Positions 18,872 to 29,093 are shown, counted from the first letter of the stretch. The stretch is DNA of 64,000 nucleotides from Parcubacteria group bacterium LiPW_30 (GCA_007375595.1 VMEP01000001.1:178816-242815), one strand, 5' to 3'. Made by a program: numbers and translations. The notes: generated by a model not told the origin, from the letters alone.

Positions 18872-19873
18872 TTATCTTCCTTTAAAGTTTAACATAAGGT
18901 TATTAGTTGCCGAGAGCAAGATTTTAGATGGACTTGTTACTTCAAGAGAGACGTTTGCTTCTCCTCCGACTCCTGTTTGTTGTCTAACAACTAAAATATT
19001 TGGATTTTTACTGTTCGTCGCTACAGGGCTACCATTAAGAGACCAAGTATATTGTATTTTACTGCTGGTTTTGTCTCTTGGAGAAATAAAATATGGTTCT
19101 GCAACTAAAGAAAGTTCTTCGTTCGAAAGATTTATAGAATTAAATAGGGACTTATTGTATAAAACTCCCAATATTGGGTTTTTTTCGTAAAATAAAATTT
19201 TTGGATCAACAATTCTAATAATGACCCCTCCTTTCCCTATTTTTACATCAGAAGTATTTCTTGTTTCTACCCCAATCGACTCCTCTCTTTTAAGATAGTC
19301 ATTTTTAAGAGATAACGTTGAAGCCCCTCTTCCAGAAAGAGAGCCGAGTATTTCGCCGTTACGACTCCATTTGTACGAAAGCTCGCTAGTTTTATAAGCG
19401 ACACCGTTACTTTTAAAAACACTAGGGACAATCGTGACTTTTATCGAAGACTCTGAGGTCGGCAAGGCTTTTCCTTTATAAAACGGCGGGGTGTAGATGT
19501 CGGTTGCTTCCCAAAGAATATCAACCTCTGATGGGTTTATGGTTGCGGTATCGCTCAAGAAGGTGTTTCCAAGAGTTGCAGTGGCAACTACGGTTGTTTT
19601 CTCGCCAACACCCTTTGTTTTGAAGGTGATTGATTTTTGTCCAACATTGGAAGAAAACTTTTTTCCATCCAAAGACCAAGAAATGCTTGCGATATCTAAA
19701 TTAACAGAAGGGCTAGAAACAGAGGCTGTAACTTCTTCATAAGCACCAGGTATTTCAGGTGAAATCTTAATAAAGAGGACGCTGTTGGTTTGTGCTTCGG
19801 CAATAATAAAAAACGAAAACAAAAAGATAGGGATTATTGCTTTTATGAAGTTGAGAGAATAGTTATTTTTCAC
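18872..19873 (-). CDS. secreted protein (signal peptide), unknown function, T4SS-like operon
   Basis: 333 aa, N-terminal signal. Gap to the downstream operon gene is 1 nt. Confidence 0.5.
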   Translation of the reverse strand: MKNNYSLNFIKAIIPIFLFSFFIIAEAQTNSVLFIKISPEIPGAYEEVTASVSSPSVNLDIASISWSLDGKKFSSNVGQKSITFKTKGVGEKTTVVATATLGNTFLSDTATINPSEVDILWEATDIYTPPFYKGKALPTSESSIKVTIVPSVFKSNGVAYKTSELSYKWSRNGEILGSLSGRGASTLSLKNDYLKREESIGVETRNTSDVKIGKGGVIIRIVDPKILFYEKNPILGVLYNKSLFNSINLSNEELSLVAEPYFISPRDKTSSKIQYTWSLNGSPVATNSKNPNILVVRQQTGVGGEANVSLEVTSPSKILLSATNNLMLNFKGR

Positions 19874-19938
19874 AAAAAACGCATTAAAGCTTGTTACTTA
19901 TTATAACCAAAAATCCCTTGCTAACCAAACAAAACAGG

Positions 19939-21771
19939 TTAGTTTGCGTTAGTTTGTTCCTCGACGGTACCAAGCTCTGCTTTGGCTTTTTTAATAGCGA
20001 GCACTTGTGATGGGTCGGAGGTGATTATTTGATCTTCCGTGTAGGAAGCGACAATTTTTAAAGCCACGTGTTTTAGTCCGGCGAAAAAGATACCCTCCCC
20101 TATACCAGACTCAAGAAGAAGGTATTTTTCTTCATCTGTTAGATTGAAGGTCTTTTGAACCACGTCAATAGAAGAAGGAGACTGCTTTAAGAGAAGCTGG
20201 ATAGAAGAGTTCGTGATAATAGGAAGACCATAGGGAGATTTAAGGAAATCGCCAACGTCCTGGGTAATTGTGGCAAGTCCTAAATAGTATTTACGTCCAC
20301 GTTTTGCAATACTGAAAAGAAAAGAGGCGGTATCTTCAGACTTCATCATCCACCAAGCCTCATCAACAACCAGGAGGCGTTTTTTGAGGTTTTTACGAAC
20401 GGCGTTCCAGATATAGTGGGTGACAATATACATCGCGACAGGCTTCAATTCATCTTCCATGTCACGGACAGAAAAGACCACGAACTTTTTGTTGATATCA
20501 ACATTGGTTGGTTTGTTTATAAAACCAGACCAAGTTCCTTTGGTGTATTTTGAGAGTTTTTGAAGAAGCTCTCCGCTTCCTTCCATTCCAGCGAGCACCA
20601 TTTCAAAGTCAGAAAGTAATGGAGGCTCAATCATTGAAAAATCTGAATCAGCGGTAATATCTTTCAGTGCGTATGTTTCAGTAATTGCGCGGTCTATAAG
20701 GGAGTCTTCTCCTGGTGAAAGACCACCGAGCATAATACGAAACAAACCAACAAGATTTACGATATTTGAACGTAAAACATCAGCCGCAGACTCGTCCTCT
20801 CTTGGAATAGGAAGATCAAATGGATTTATGTGATTTTCTGAAGTTAGGGAAATATTGAAATAACGCCCACCTGTTGCCTCGGCTAGATATTCATACTCCC
20901 TTTCTGGGTCTATTACGATAACTTCCGTATCAAACATTAAAGTACGAATTATTTCTAGTTTTGTGGTATACGATTTTCCAGAACCTGATTTAGCAAAAAT
21001 AATTGAATTGTAGTTTTCAAGTGAATAGCGATCAAAAAGAACAAGACTCGAATTGTGGCGGTTTATTCCATATAAAATTCCACGATCAGAAGTGAGGTCA
21101 AAAGAAACGAAGGGGAAAAGAGAAGAAAGAGGAGAAGAATTTAATTTAGAGTGAACACCTAATTCGTCTGAGGCTATTGGAATAACGCTTTTAAAACCTT
21201 GTTCTTGTTGGAAAAGAGCTGGTTTAACATAAACAAGTTTTGATTCAAGAATAGATTTTATTTCCGTCTCTGTTTTATCAAGCTCTGCCTCGGTGGCGCC
21301 ATAGATAGTGAGATAAAGACCAACGTCGAATATTTTTTCTTGCGCTTGCTGTAAGGAGTCGCGTAAGGCTTCTAGGTCTTGATATGCAGTATCAAGCATA
21401 GGGTCACGAACCATGCCTTTTTCTTCTCTCATGTGAATTTGGCTCTGAACTTCAGCAACCTTTTTTTGAAAAGTATGAAGAATTTTTGCCGTTTCAATCG
21501 GGTGAATGAAGATGGAAACATCAAAGACCTTGTCTAGGTTTATGATTGGAGAAAACCAGTTGTCAGCGAGTACTCTTGGGTAGGAAATAACAAAAAAGGT
21601 TCGTGCTATCTTATCCCCAAGATTTAATGCCCTTGGTTCTATTTTTAAGGCGGATGGGGCGATAATGTCGCGAAGCTCAAGTGTTGCTGCTTGGTATATT
21701 TCCTGAGGAAGAATCGGAGTAATTTCCTCCTCTTTTTCCTTATCTCCAGTTATGAAATCAAATATTCCCAT
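19939..21771 (-). CDS. VirB4/TrbE/TraC-family conjugative-type ATPase
   Basis: Walker A AKSGSGKSYTTK, Walker B LLVVDEAWWMM (the DEAW hallmark of VirB4 family). N-terminal region resembles the VirB4 N-domain. Confidence 0.65.
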   Translation of the reverse strand: MGIFDFITGDKEKEEEITPILPQEIYQAATLELRDIIAPSALKIEPRALNLGDKIARTFFVISYPRVLADNWFSPIINLDKVFDVSIFIHPIETAKILHTFQKKVAEVQSQIHMREEKGMVRDPMLDTAYQDLEALRDSLQQAQEKIFDVGLYLTIYGATEAELDKTETEIKSILESKLVYVKPALFQQEQGFKSVIPIASDELGVHSKLNSSPLSSLFPFVSFDLTSDRGILYGINRHNSSLVLFDRYSLENYNSIIFAKSGSGKSYTTKLEIIRTLMFDTEVIVIDPEREYEYLAEATGGRYFNISLTSENHINPFDLPIPREDESAADVLRSNIVNLVGLFRIMLGGLSPGEDSLIDRAITETYALKDITADSDFSMIEPPLLSDFEMVLAGMEGSGELLQKLSKYTKGTWSGFINKPTNVDINKKFVVFSVRDMEDELKPVAMYIVTHYIWNAVRKNLKKRLLVVDEAWWMMKSEDTASFLFSIAKRGRKYYLGLATITQDVGDFLKSPYGLPIITNSSIQLLLKQSPSSIDVVQKTFNLTDEEKYLLLESGIGEGIFFAGLKHVALKIVASYTEDQIITSDPSQVLAIKKAKAELGTVEEQTNAN

Positions 21772-21776
21772 AATGA

Positions 21777-22439
21777 TTATTGATTGAGCTTTATAGCTTT
21801 TTCTGTTTCCCCTGGGTTAAAAATTTTATAAAAAACCTCAATAACCTCTTCTGTTCCAAGTTGGACGGCCCTAACCCCAAAGCGGGATAAGCCTTGTGCG
21901 ACAACAGAAACACGTTGGTCGAGCTGAGAACGACTTTCTTCAAAAAGTTCTGATTCTGCGATTCTTGATTCCGCGGTAGGTTCTTTCTTGCTATCCATCC
22001 CAGGAATAGGGGGAAGTGAAAAACCACTACTGCCTTTTCCACCAAGAGACGGTGCGCTATACGGAACAACGATAAAGAAATTTTTAGTCATAATATTTCT
22101 TGTTTCCGCTAGATTCTTTATAAAATCGATGTATTCACGAGTCTGTATTTTAAGGAGGTCTTCTAGTTGTTCTTTCATTCTATCCTCAAGCATTGTTATG
22201 TATGGCTTGATATCTAATTTTCGAGATTGAATAAATATCTGAATTGAAAAATCTAAAGAATTTAGAAATCCTTGAAATTGAAGAATTGTAGCGGTTTGTT
22301 CGTCTTCCGATTTTAAAGAGAGGTTTAAGGAAGAAGTCATAACAAGAGCTCTTAAAGAGCCATCTTTTAAAATAACAACTCCATCACGCACTTCTTTGAT
22401 GGGAACAAAATCCTGAGCTGCTTTTGATTGAATGGCCAT
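21777..22439 (-). CDS. hypothetical protein of T4SS-like operon
   Basis: 220 aa. 5-nt gap to the VirB4-like gene. Confidence 0.5.
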   Translation of the reverse strand: MAIQSKAAQDFVPIKEVRDGVVILKDGSLRALVMTSSLNLSLKSEDEQTATILQFQGFLNSLDFSIQIFIQSRKLDIKPYITMLEDRMKEQLEDLLKIQTREYIDFIKNLAETRNIMTKNFFIVVPYSAPSLGGKGSSGFSLPPIPGMDSKKEPTAESRIAESELFEESRSQLDQRVSVVAQGLSRFGVRAVQLGTEEVIEVFYKIFNPGETEKAIKLNQ

Positions 22440-22498
22440 TGTTTATTTTGAATCAGTATAGCAAATTTGAACCAAAACACGTGTTTACAATAATGTTT

Positions 22499-22939
22499 TT
22501 ACTCCTCTTTGCTTGTGTTTAGAACATCGAGCCCCCAAGAAAGGTCCTTTAGTTTACTGTCAGATAGTTTTGGTACTAAAGAATTTTCTGAAGATTCTTT
22601 AGTGGCCTTTTTTGTTATCTCCATTGGGCGATTTTCTTTTTTCCAAATATATAATTTTTCTCCAAAATAATAACGAAAAGCTGCCTCAACACTGTTAATA
22701 AAAGGTTTCTCGTTTATTTTGTAGAAAGCTAGAGCAAAAGCTAGAGCTATTACTGGTATCACAAAAAACAAGGTTATTACTAGAGGAAGAAAGGCATCTA
22801 AAATTTTATATACAACAAAAGCCATACCAGCTCCACCGGCTAAATAAACGAACTGTTTAAAAGTAAAAGGACCAAAAATTTTATCTTCTACTTCTATGAA
22901 TTGAGGAACACGAAATTGCATCTTTTTATTATAACGCAT
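22499..22939 (-). CDS. PrgI/VirB3-like small membrane protein (two TM helices)
   Basis: 146 aa. N-terminal FRVPQFIEVEDKIFGPFTFKQF followed by two TM helices, resembling Gram-positive PrgI/VirB3-type proteins. Located upstream of VirB4-like. Confidence 0.45.
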   Translation of the reverse strand: MRYNKKMQFRVPQFIEVEDKIFGPFTFKQFVYLAGGAGMAFVVYKILDAFLPLVITLFFVIPVIALAFALAFYKINEKPFINSVEAAFRYYFGEKLYIWKKENRPMEITKKATKESSENSLVPKLSDSKLKDLSWGLDVLNTSKEE

Positions 22940-22962
22940 TCCTCATATAGAGCGAGAGAAAA

Positions 22963-23703
22963 TTAAACCTGCTCTCTGTAGGGGTCTAGCTGATAGGTAC
23001 TCTCTTTTTTAGGGATAGCAAAGTCGTTAGTTAGTTTTTCGGCGACAATGTTTTTAACTACGGGTGTTTCTTGTATTATTTTTTCTGATCCCTCTTTTCC
23101 ACTTTCAAGCTCAACTTTTATGTCTGGTTGATTGATTTGCAAGACTTCTTTTTTAGGAGGTAAACTTCTCTCCTCTGCTTTTGTTGGAGTTTCAATGTCT
23201 TTTAAGACTGTTTCTCTATTTAGGTTTTCACCCGCTTCGGTAGCTAGTTGTTCATTGTCAACAATCTCTATTCCACTTTCCCTAAGTATTGTTTTATCAA
23301 TTGGTTCTAGGGTTATTTGTACACCACTTTCTTGTGGCAGAGAATTTTCAGAAATATTGCTATGTTTTATTTCAACCATCTCGTCTGTGTTGTGAATTTT
23401 CTTTAGTGATTCACGAATTGAGTCAAAAATCTGTTCGTTGATATCGTGAACGATTAATTCCGCTACATCTTTTGTTACATTGAGTTTTGATTGAATAATT
23501 TCAGAAAAATCATTAGGTTTTGTAAGACCAAACATAACTAAATTTGTTTCATCAACTAAGATTGAGAGCTTGTCTATATGAAGGGAATATTTTGCTCCAA
23601 TATTTCTTATTTTTGAGCCAGTATCAAACCCAAAAAGAACACCTTTAACATCCTCAGGGAGAGATTCAAGCATTTGTTCTAATTGTTGGTTGGTGTAATC
23701 CAT
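22963..23703 (-). CDS. acidic hypothetical protein of T4SS-like operon
   Basis: 246 aa, operonic spacing. Confidence 0.5.
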   Translation of the reverse strand: MDYTNQQLEQMLESLPEDVKGVLFGFDTGSKIRNIGAKYSLHIDKLSILVDETNLVMFGLTKPNDFSEIIQSKLNVTKDVAELIVHDINEQIFDSIRESLKKIHNTDEMVEIKHSNISENSLPQESGVQITLEPIDKTILRESGIEIVDNEQLATEAGENLNRETVLKDIETPTKAEERSLPPKKEVLQINQPDIKVELESGKEGSEKIIQETPVVKNIVAEKLTNDFAIPKKESTYQLDPYREQV

Positions 23704-23726
23704 AGGAAGACTTAGTTTACCTTAAT

Positions 23727-25949
23727 TTACTTCTTTTTTTCGCTACCACCGTCGTCTTTTTTCTTGCTTTCCCTGTCTCTTATTAGATCAAGTTTGTTTA
23801 TATAGTTTTGGAGTGTTCGCGCGTTTGTTTTTGCCATCTCTCTTTCAAGGATTAATTTTGCACGGGCATCTTTGTCTGCCCCCTTGCCAAGGTCTTCAAG
23901 TTCTACGCTTATAGTAGCGGCTTGTTTTGTAAAATTATCAATGGCGTCTTTTACTGAGCCATGGCTACCCATTAATTCTTTTATGGTTTCTTCTAGACCC
24001 GCAATTTCTCTATCAGCTTTGTATTTCTGGTCTATTTCTTTTTCTGCCTTTTTGGTTCCACCGGTATCTCCTATTTTAAGGCTTTGTGGAATAATCTCAC
24101 CTTTTCCAGTTTTTAGTTGGTCAAAATATTCTTTTTGTCTTTCTTGGGTTGTAGTTCTTTGTTTGTCTACCTCGGCTACCTTAAGTTTTTCTGCTCTTAG
24201 TTTATTTACTTCCTCAGAACTTTTACCTGCTTTTTCCGCATCTGTTAAGTCGATACTGTTAATTTCTTTGGTGGTTAGTTTGACCTTCTTAGCTTCAAGA
24301 AGTTTTGCCATCTCAACTCTTTCTTTTCCTAACGCTTCCTCTCCTCGTTTAAGATCTCCCCTGTAGCCATCCTTTAGATTTTCTGGTTTTTTGCCTAAGT
24401 CTAATTTAACGTCAGCAATTCCGGCGAGTTTTGATGCCATACCACCAACAAGAGGTATTTCTCCGGCGGCGCGAACATCAAAACTTGATTTAGCAACACC
24501 TTCGGTCGTCTGTAGTGCGAGGCGACCAACCTTGCTATTTGACGCCCAACCCTTGAAGTTTTCACTTCCCGCAAGTGCGGCAGCCCCTCGTCCGAGTATT
24601 TGTTTTCCAGCAAAACCACCAACACCGCCCACCACAGCCCCAGCTACTGTCATCAACCCGCTAGTTATTGTTCCACTAAGACCATCACATTTTGCGACCT
24701 TGTAAGACGCAATAAGAAAGAAACACACAAGGAAATAACTGAAAATAACAGTTACGCTAGTTGGGGATAAGTCACCGGTGGCTGTCATTCCAGAAAGGGC
24801 ATCGTTTATCCCTTTTCCAGACTTAACAACATTAACAGAAGAAAGAATTTGTAAAGAAACCCAAATGAGCAGAAAGTAGATCGGCGCAGAGAGCGAGTTG
24901 CAAATAAGCTCTTTCCACCATTTGTCAGTGTACTCTTTCAGTTTAGGTAAAATACTACCCAGAAACATAATTGGAGAAAAAGGAAGAAGAAAAATAAGAA
25001 CAGCAGTTCTTGCTATAAAAAGAAATGACGCTTGGAGAAAGATGAAAAACATAATAAAAACCATGACGGCTGTCGCCCACATTTGTGTAGTAACACCCCA
25101 TGCTGTTCCAGCGACTTCTTTTCCAGAGAACATTGTTTCTGCGTCAAATTTCTCCATAAATGCCCCACTAATGCCCACTGCCCCATTGTTTGTTATGGAA
25201 GAATAAAATTGAACAGCGACGATATTTGAGGTGTCGATAATTACTTTCGTAAAAAATAAACTAAAATTAACAAGGAGTGCCGCGAGAATAAGTGTTGGTA
25301 TGAATTTTTTTGCATCGCCTATCTGGAGAATATTTGTAATAGAAACCCAGAGCAACATAAATATAAAAAGAATATTTCCCAAATCTCGGATGGTGCTCCA
25401 GGCGATATTGATTCCATTATTAGATTGCCCAATAAGGGTACCCATTTCAAAGAGACTGAATTTTACTGCAAAATCAAATATTTGCCCGGCAAAACTAACT
25501 AGGAAGGTAAGAATTGTCAAAATAGCGTAACCAAAACCACGGGCGATACAAGCACCCCAGTTTTTAAAAAAACCATTAAGACTAGAACAAGATGCTGTTT
25601 CTTCTAGTGGATCAAAAGCAGAGGGAGGAAGTGTTTTTGCTGTTTCTGCTTGAACACAATTAAGATATTTACCAGAGTTTACGTCTTTAAGATAGGCACA
25701 GGCTTCCTCCGGGGTCATTGAAGTATTTAATGTTGCACCAGAATCCAGAGCTTTTGTTTGGTTATTTCTGTTTTCAATGTCAGTAGGAAGAATACAAGCA
25801 CCACCGTCTGGGTCATCCACAAAAGGTGCTTCGCAAGTCTGCGCACTTACAGTGTTTTCGATAAACAGTGGAAGTAAAAGAAATAGTGAAAAACTAAAGA
25901 AGAGTATTACTGAAAAATTTATTAGTTTTTTAAAAGAAAAAGATATCAT
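23727..25949 (-). CDS. VirB6/TrbL-like polytopic membrane protein with N-terminal secreted Cys-containing domain and C-terminal K/E-rich coiled-coil tail
   Basis: Signal peptide, about 6 predicted TM helices in the middle, charged C-terminal tail. Architecture resembles VirB6-type channel subunits. Confidence 0.4.
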   Translation of the reverse strand: MISFSFKKLINFSVILFFSFSLFLLLPLFIENTVSAQTCEAPFVDDPDGGACILPTDIENRNNQTKALDSGATLNTSMTPEEACAYLKDVNSGKYLNCVQAETAKTLPPSAFDPLEETASCSSLNGFFKNWGACIARGFGYAILTILTFLVSFAGQIFDFAVKFSLFEMGTLIGQSNNGINIAWSTIRDLGNILFIFMLLWVSITNILQIGDAKKFIPTLILAALLVNFSLFFTKVIIDTSNIVAVQFYSSITNNGAVGISGAFMEKFDAETMFSGKEVAGTAWGVTTQMWATAVMVFIMFFIFLQASFLFIARTAVLIFLLPFSPIMFLGSILPKLKEYTDKWWKELICNSLSAPIYFLLIWVSLQILSSVNVVKSGKGINDALSGMTATGDLSPTSVTVIFSYFLVCFFLIASYKVAKCDGLSGTITSGLMTVAGAVVGGVGGFAGKQILGRGAAALAGSENFKGWASNSKVGRLALQTTEGVAKSSFDVRAAGEIPLVGGMASKLAGIADVKLDLGKKPENLKDGYRGDLKRGEEALGKERVEMAKLLEAKKVKLTTKEINSIDLTDAEKAGKSSEEVNKLRAEKLKVAEVDKQRTTTQERQKEYFDQLKTGKGEIIPQSLKIGDTGGTKKAEKEIDQKYKADREIAGLEETIKELMGSHGSVKDAIDNFTKQAATISVELEDLGKGADKDARAKLILEREMAKTNARTLQNYINKLDLIRDRESKKKDDGGSEKKK

Positions 25950-25953
25950 GCTT

Positions 25954-28146
25954 TTAGTATGTTTGTGGAAGGTTTTGTTTTTTTCTCTCTTCTTCCGCTA
26001 AAATTTCTTTATGCTCCGCTTCACAAGAGGTAATCATGCTTTTTGTTGTGTCACGAATCGTTCTTGCTTGGGACAATTGAGAGGAAGCGTTTGTCACCAC
26101 GTCAGAACTAGGGATTCTCCCTGAGGTCGAGATATTTATTAATTCGCCGGCTGCGGATTGGTAATCAACATCTTTTTTAGCAACAGCATCTTTAAGGGTA
26201 TATAGATCAATCATTGTTCTTGCTGCTGTTTCAATTTCGCTATCTAGGCTTGTTATTGCTTGGTTGTATAAAGTTGCTCTGTCGAAAAGAGAAGCTACCC
26301 CAGAGTTTGATTGATTTGCAAGGTTGCTTGGACAGTAAGTTACAGGCCCTAGTTTTATTAGAGAATCGGTTGCTACGGCTGCTTCGGAGGTAACGTTGCG
26401 GAGTTCGTCTATGATGGTGACATAAGCAATTAATGAGTTTGCTGTTTTTTCTATGCTATTAACAACATCGTTTGAAGAATTTATTTCTTGGTTTGAGATT
26501 TCTCTTGCCGTGGCGTTATTGTCGGTAGTATCCCAGAAAGACGAGTTTGAATCTGTGAGATAGTTTTGGAGTGCTAAGTCTGCCGTAGAAATTGTTTCGT
26601 TTGAGTCTGCTCCGATGTTGCCAGCGTTTCTTTCTGGGGCTGTTGCGGCAGAGCGAAGTTTTTCTTCGATAACTGATGCCGGAGTAATAACTTTATATTT
26701 TCGACAAGCCCCAGAGGTGGCGTCTACTTCCACACACTCTTCTATTGGCGAAACACCATTAACTAGTTTGTTTTTTGCCTCCTCTGATTTTTTGTCTTGA
26801 TCTTCCTGATAAATTCTTTCTGTGGCAACAAGGTACCCAAATCTGTTGTTTGATTCAATTTGGGTTAAGTTGTTCCAGCCTTTCCATCCACCAGCGGAGA
26901 AATCACCATTGCGAAATTTTGCAGCATTCGCTGAACCAATAATACTTGGGAGGCTGTCATTTAAGGCGCTTGCACTATTTGTAGTATTTTTTGCCTGTTC
27001 ACTGCTTACGATATTTTTTATTGCTTCATTTTTATAAGGAGAATTGCTCTTTGATAAGTCAGAGAGGAAAAGTTTTGTTTGGTTTTGTGTTTGCTTAAGC
27101 AAGTAATCATTCATGTTCGTGACATAAAGAGGGTTACCATTATTCCCTGTGTTTAACCAGTTGCGGATATTGTTTTCCATCTTAGCTCTTGTTATTAAAG
27201 AGCTCGTGTAAGAAAGTCTGTTTAGGCAAGTTTCTTTTGTTTTAAGAATACTCGTGTCTTGCTGAAGAGTGTTTATTTGTTTAACAATTGTTTGAGGGTC
27301 TGTTGGAACGGGGCCACTGCCTCCTATTAAAGAAAGTATTGAACCAACCCCAGGAATAGCACTAGCGCCACTAAACATAGAGCCTAATTCTCCTGCTGTA
27401 TATCCAGCAGACATTCCGCCGAGAGTATTTCCAAGACTAACCAAGCTACCAGAACCAATAGTTCCACCTAAATCTATGAGAACATTGGAAACGGCGTTTG
27501 TTGCACCAGAAAGTAGATCGCTTGATAAAGCGCTCGTTACTAATTTATCTGCTCCGCCAACAATAGCGCTTGTTCCAGATTGAATTGCACCACTAATACC
27601 ACCCGCTGAACTATCCGCTCCACTTACAGCTTGGTTAATTCCTTGGTTTATAGCGCTTGTTGCTCCGGTTACTGCGGTATTGGCGGCTTTATCTACGATA
27701 GAACCAACAGCACTTCCAACACTATTCCCTATTTGGCCACCACCGAGGGCGCCACTTATAGCACCAGAGGCGGAAGAACCAAGCCCACTTATTCCTGCCC
27801 CACTAATGAGTTGTTGTCCAAGAGAAGAAAGAGTGTTACCGATTGCTCCGCCGAGCGCGGTACACCCAGAGTTTCCCAGTGTTTCAGCCATAGATTCGTT
27901 GGAGGAGTTTAGACTTTTTCTTGTATCGAGAGCCTGGGTTTCTGAATCCCTGTTATCTATATCAGACGGAAGAATACAAGAACCTGGACTTGTTGGGTCA
28001 TCAACGAAACCGTCTGTACAGCCGTCAACTTCTTGAGCCTTGGCGTTGTTTGTATTAAAAAATGACGGCGAGAGAATAATCAGAGAAACAAGAATCACCG
28101 AAATTATTTTTTTTACCATATTCCTTTTAGCAGAAAATAGAACCAT
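25954..28146 (-). CDS. large secreted Gly/Ser/Ala-rich repeat protein; N-terminal domain paralogous to that of 23727..25949
   Basis: Signal peptide. Shared motif FVDDP..G.CILP.DI.NR...T.ALD with the downstream gene. Long GxxGxxS low-complexity region. Confidence 0.5.
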   Translation of the reverse strand: MVLFSAKRNMVKKIISVILVSLIILSPSFFNTNNAKAQEVDGCTDGFVDDPTSPGSCILPSDIDNRDSETQALDTRKSLNSSNESMAETLGNSGCTALGGAIGNTLSSLGQQLISGAGISGLGSSASGAISGALGGGQIGNSVGSAVGSIVDKAANTAVTGATSAINQGINQAVSGADSSAGGISGAIQSGTSAIVGGADKLVTSALSSDLLSGATNAVSNVLIDLGGTIGSGSLVSLGNTLGGMSAGYTAGELGSMFSGASAIPGVGSILSLIGGSGPVPTDPQTIVKQINTLQQDTSILKTKETCLNRLSYTSSLITRAKMENNIRNWLNTGNNGNPLYVTNMNDYLLKQTQNQTKLFLSDLSKSNSPYKNEAIKNIVSSEQAKNTTNSASALNDSLPSIIGSANAAKFRNGDFSAGGWKGWNNLTQIESNNRFGYLVATERIYQEDQDKKSEEAKNKLVNGVSPIEECVEVDATSGACRKYKVITPASVIEEKLRSAATAPERNAGNIGADSNETISTADLALQNYLTDSNSSFWDTTDNNATAREISNQEINSSNDVVNSIEKTANSLIAYVTIIDELRNVTSEAAVATDSLIKLGPVTYCPSNLANQSNSGVASLFDRATLYNQAITSLDSEIETAARTMIDLYTLKDAVAKKDVDYQSAAGELINISTSGRIPSSDVVTNASSQLSQARTIRDTTKSMITSCEAEHKEILAEEERKKQNLPQTY

Positions 28147-28151
28147 AGTTT

Positions 28152-29093
28152 TTACGGCTTTGTACTGTTAAGTATAACACCACTTTTAAAATATATCTCT
28201 AGTGTTTTGGCTGTTTCTATTATTTTATTACTAAAGGAAAGGTACTGATTGATTCCTTGCATGGAAAGAAGAGGATCTTCAAAAATTTTTCCAGCTATTT
28301 TTAGAGAGTCGGCGGTTCCTTTGTAACTGTTTATTAAATCAAGGTGAATTGTGGCAATTTTATCTGGCACCGGGATCTTTAATGTCTCTTTGGTGATGTT
28401 GGTGTAGGCGTCTATATAAGGAATAAGCTTTTTAGGTAGTGTTTTGTCCCCTGTTTCAAGAGCGGTTGAAATGAGCGGAAGCTCTTGGCCAAGATTATAT
28501 TTTGAGTATTTTTGAATCACCGCCCCGAGAGTTTTCCCATACGCCAAAATTTCTGCGTCGCTAGCATTTTTTAAGACTGAAATATCGTTCATTGTATATG
28601 AGGGAGATATTTTTTCTTGTTTTACGTTTGAATATATGGTTTCTGTGGCATTTTTTATGGATTGAGCACTTAATTGTCCAGTATTTTTAAGAGCAGAAAC
28701 AGCAACGAAAAACTGTTGTCCAAATTGATCAGTTGTATTTATGTTTTCTTTAGTTGGTACCTTGCTGTCATTTTGCTTACGAACTTCAATTGAATCCGTT
28801 ATTCCATTATCGTTTGAGTCTTGTTTTTCAGGATCCGTCCCGTAAAGCGCCTCTTCCCAGTCTTTTAAACCGTCCTTATCGCTGTCTTTGTTTATTAAAT
28901 CAGCAACAGAAGAAGAATCAGCTCCCCCGTTGATTACTAAAACACTTTGTTCCTCCTCTGTCGTGTTTATAATCGGCGATTTATTGTCTTCGTATCTTGA
29001 AAAAAGCGATAAGACAATAATGCTTATACCTAAAATAGACGCCCCGACTAATTTTTTGTTCTGAAAAAAGCTACGCACTAATTGAGAATTCAT
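28152..29093 (-). CDS. N-terminally TM-anchored protein with DxDxDG calcium-binding-like motif; first gene of T4SS-like operon
   Basis: 313 aa. DSDKDGLKDWEEALYGTDPEKQDSNDNGITD resembles thrombospondin type-3/dockerin-like Ca-binding repeats. Confidence 0.5.
   Translation of the reverse strand: MNSQLVRSFFQNKKLVGASILGISIIVLSLFSRYEDNKSPIINTTEEEQSVLVINGGADSSSVADLINKDSDKDGLKDWEEALYGTDPEKQDSNDNGITDSIEVRKQNDSKVPTKENINTTDQFGQQFFVAVSALKNTGQLSAQSIKNATETIYSNVKQEKISPSYTMNDISVLKNASDAEILAYGKTLGAVIQKYSKYNLGQELPLISTALETGDKTLPKKLIPYIDAYTNITKETLKIPVPDKIATIHLDLINSYKGTADSLKIAGKIFEDPLLSMQGINQYLSFSNKIIETAKTLEIYFKSGVILNSTKP

Noticed and set aside
21777-22439. Considered calling 21777..22439 a split N-terminal domain of VirB4
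   Set aside because: The adjacent 610-aa VirB4-like protein already contains its own VirB4-type N-terminal region, so the 220-aa protein is left as hypothetical.
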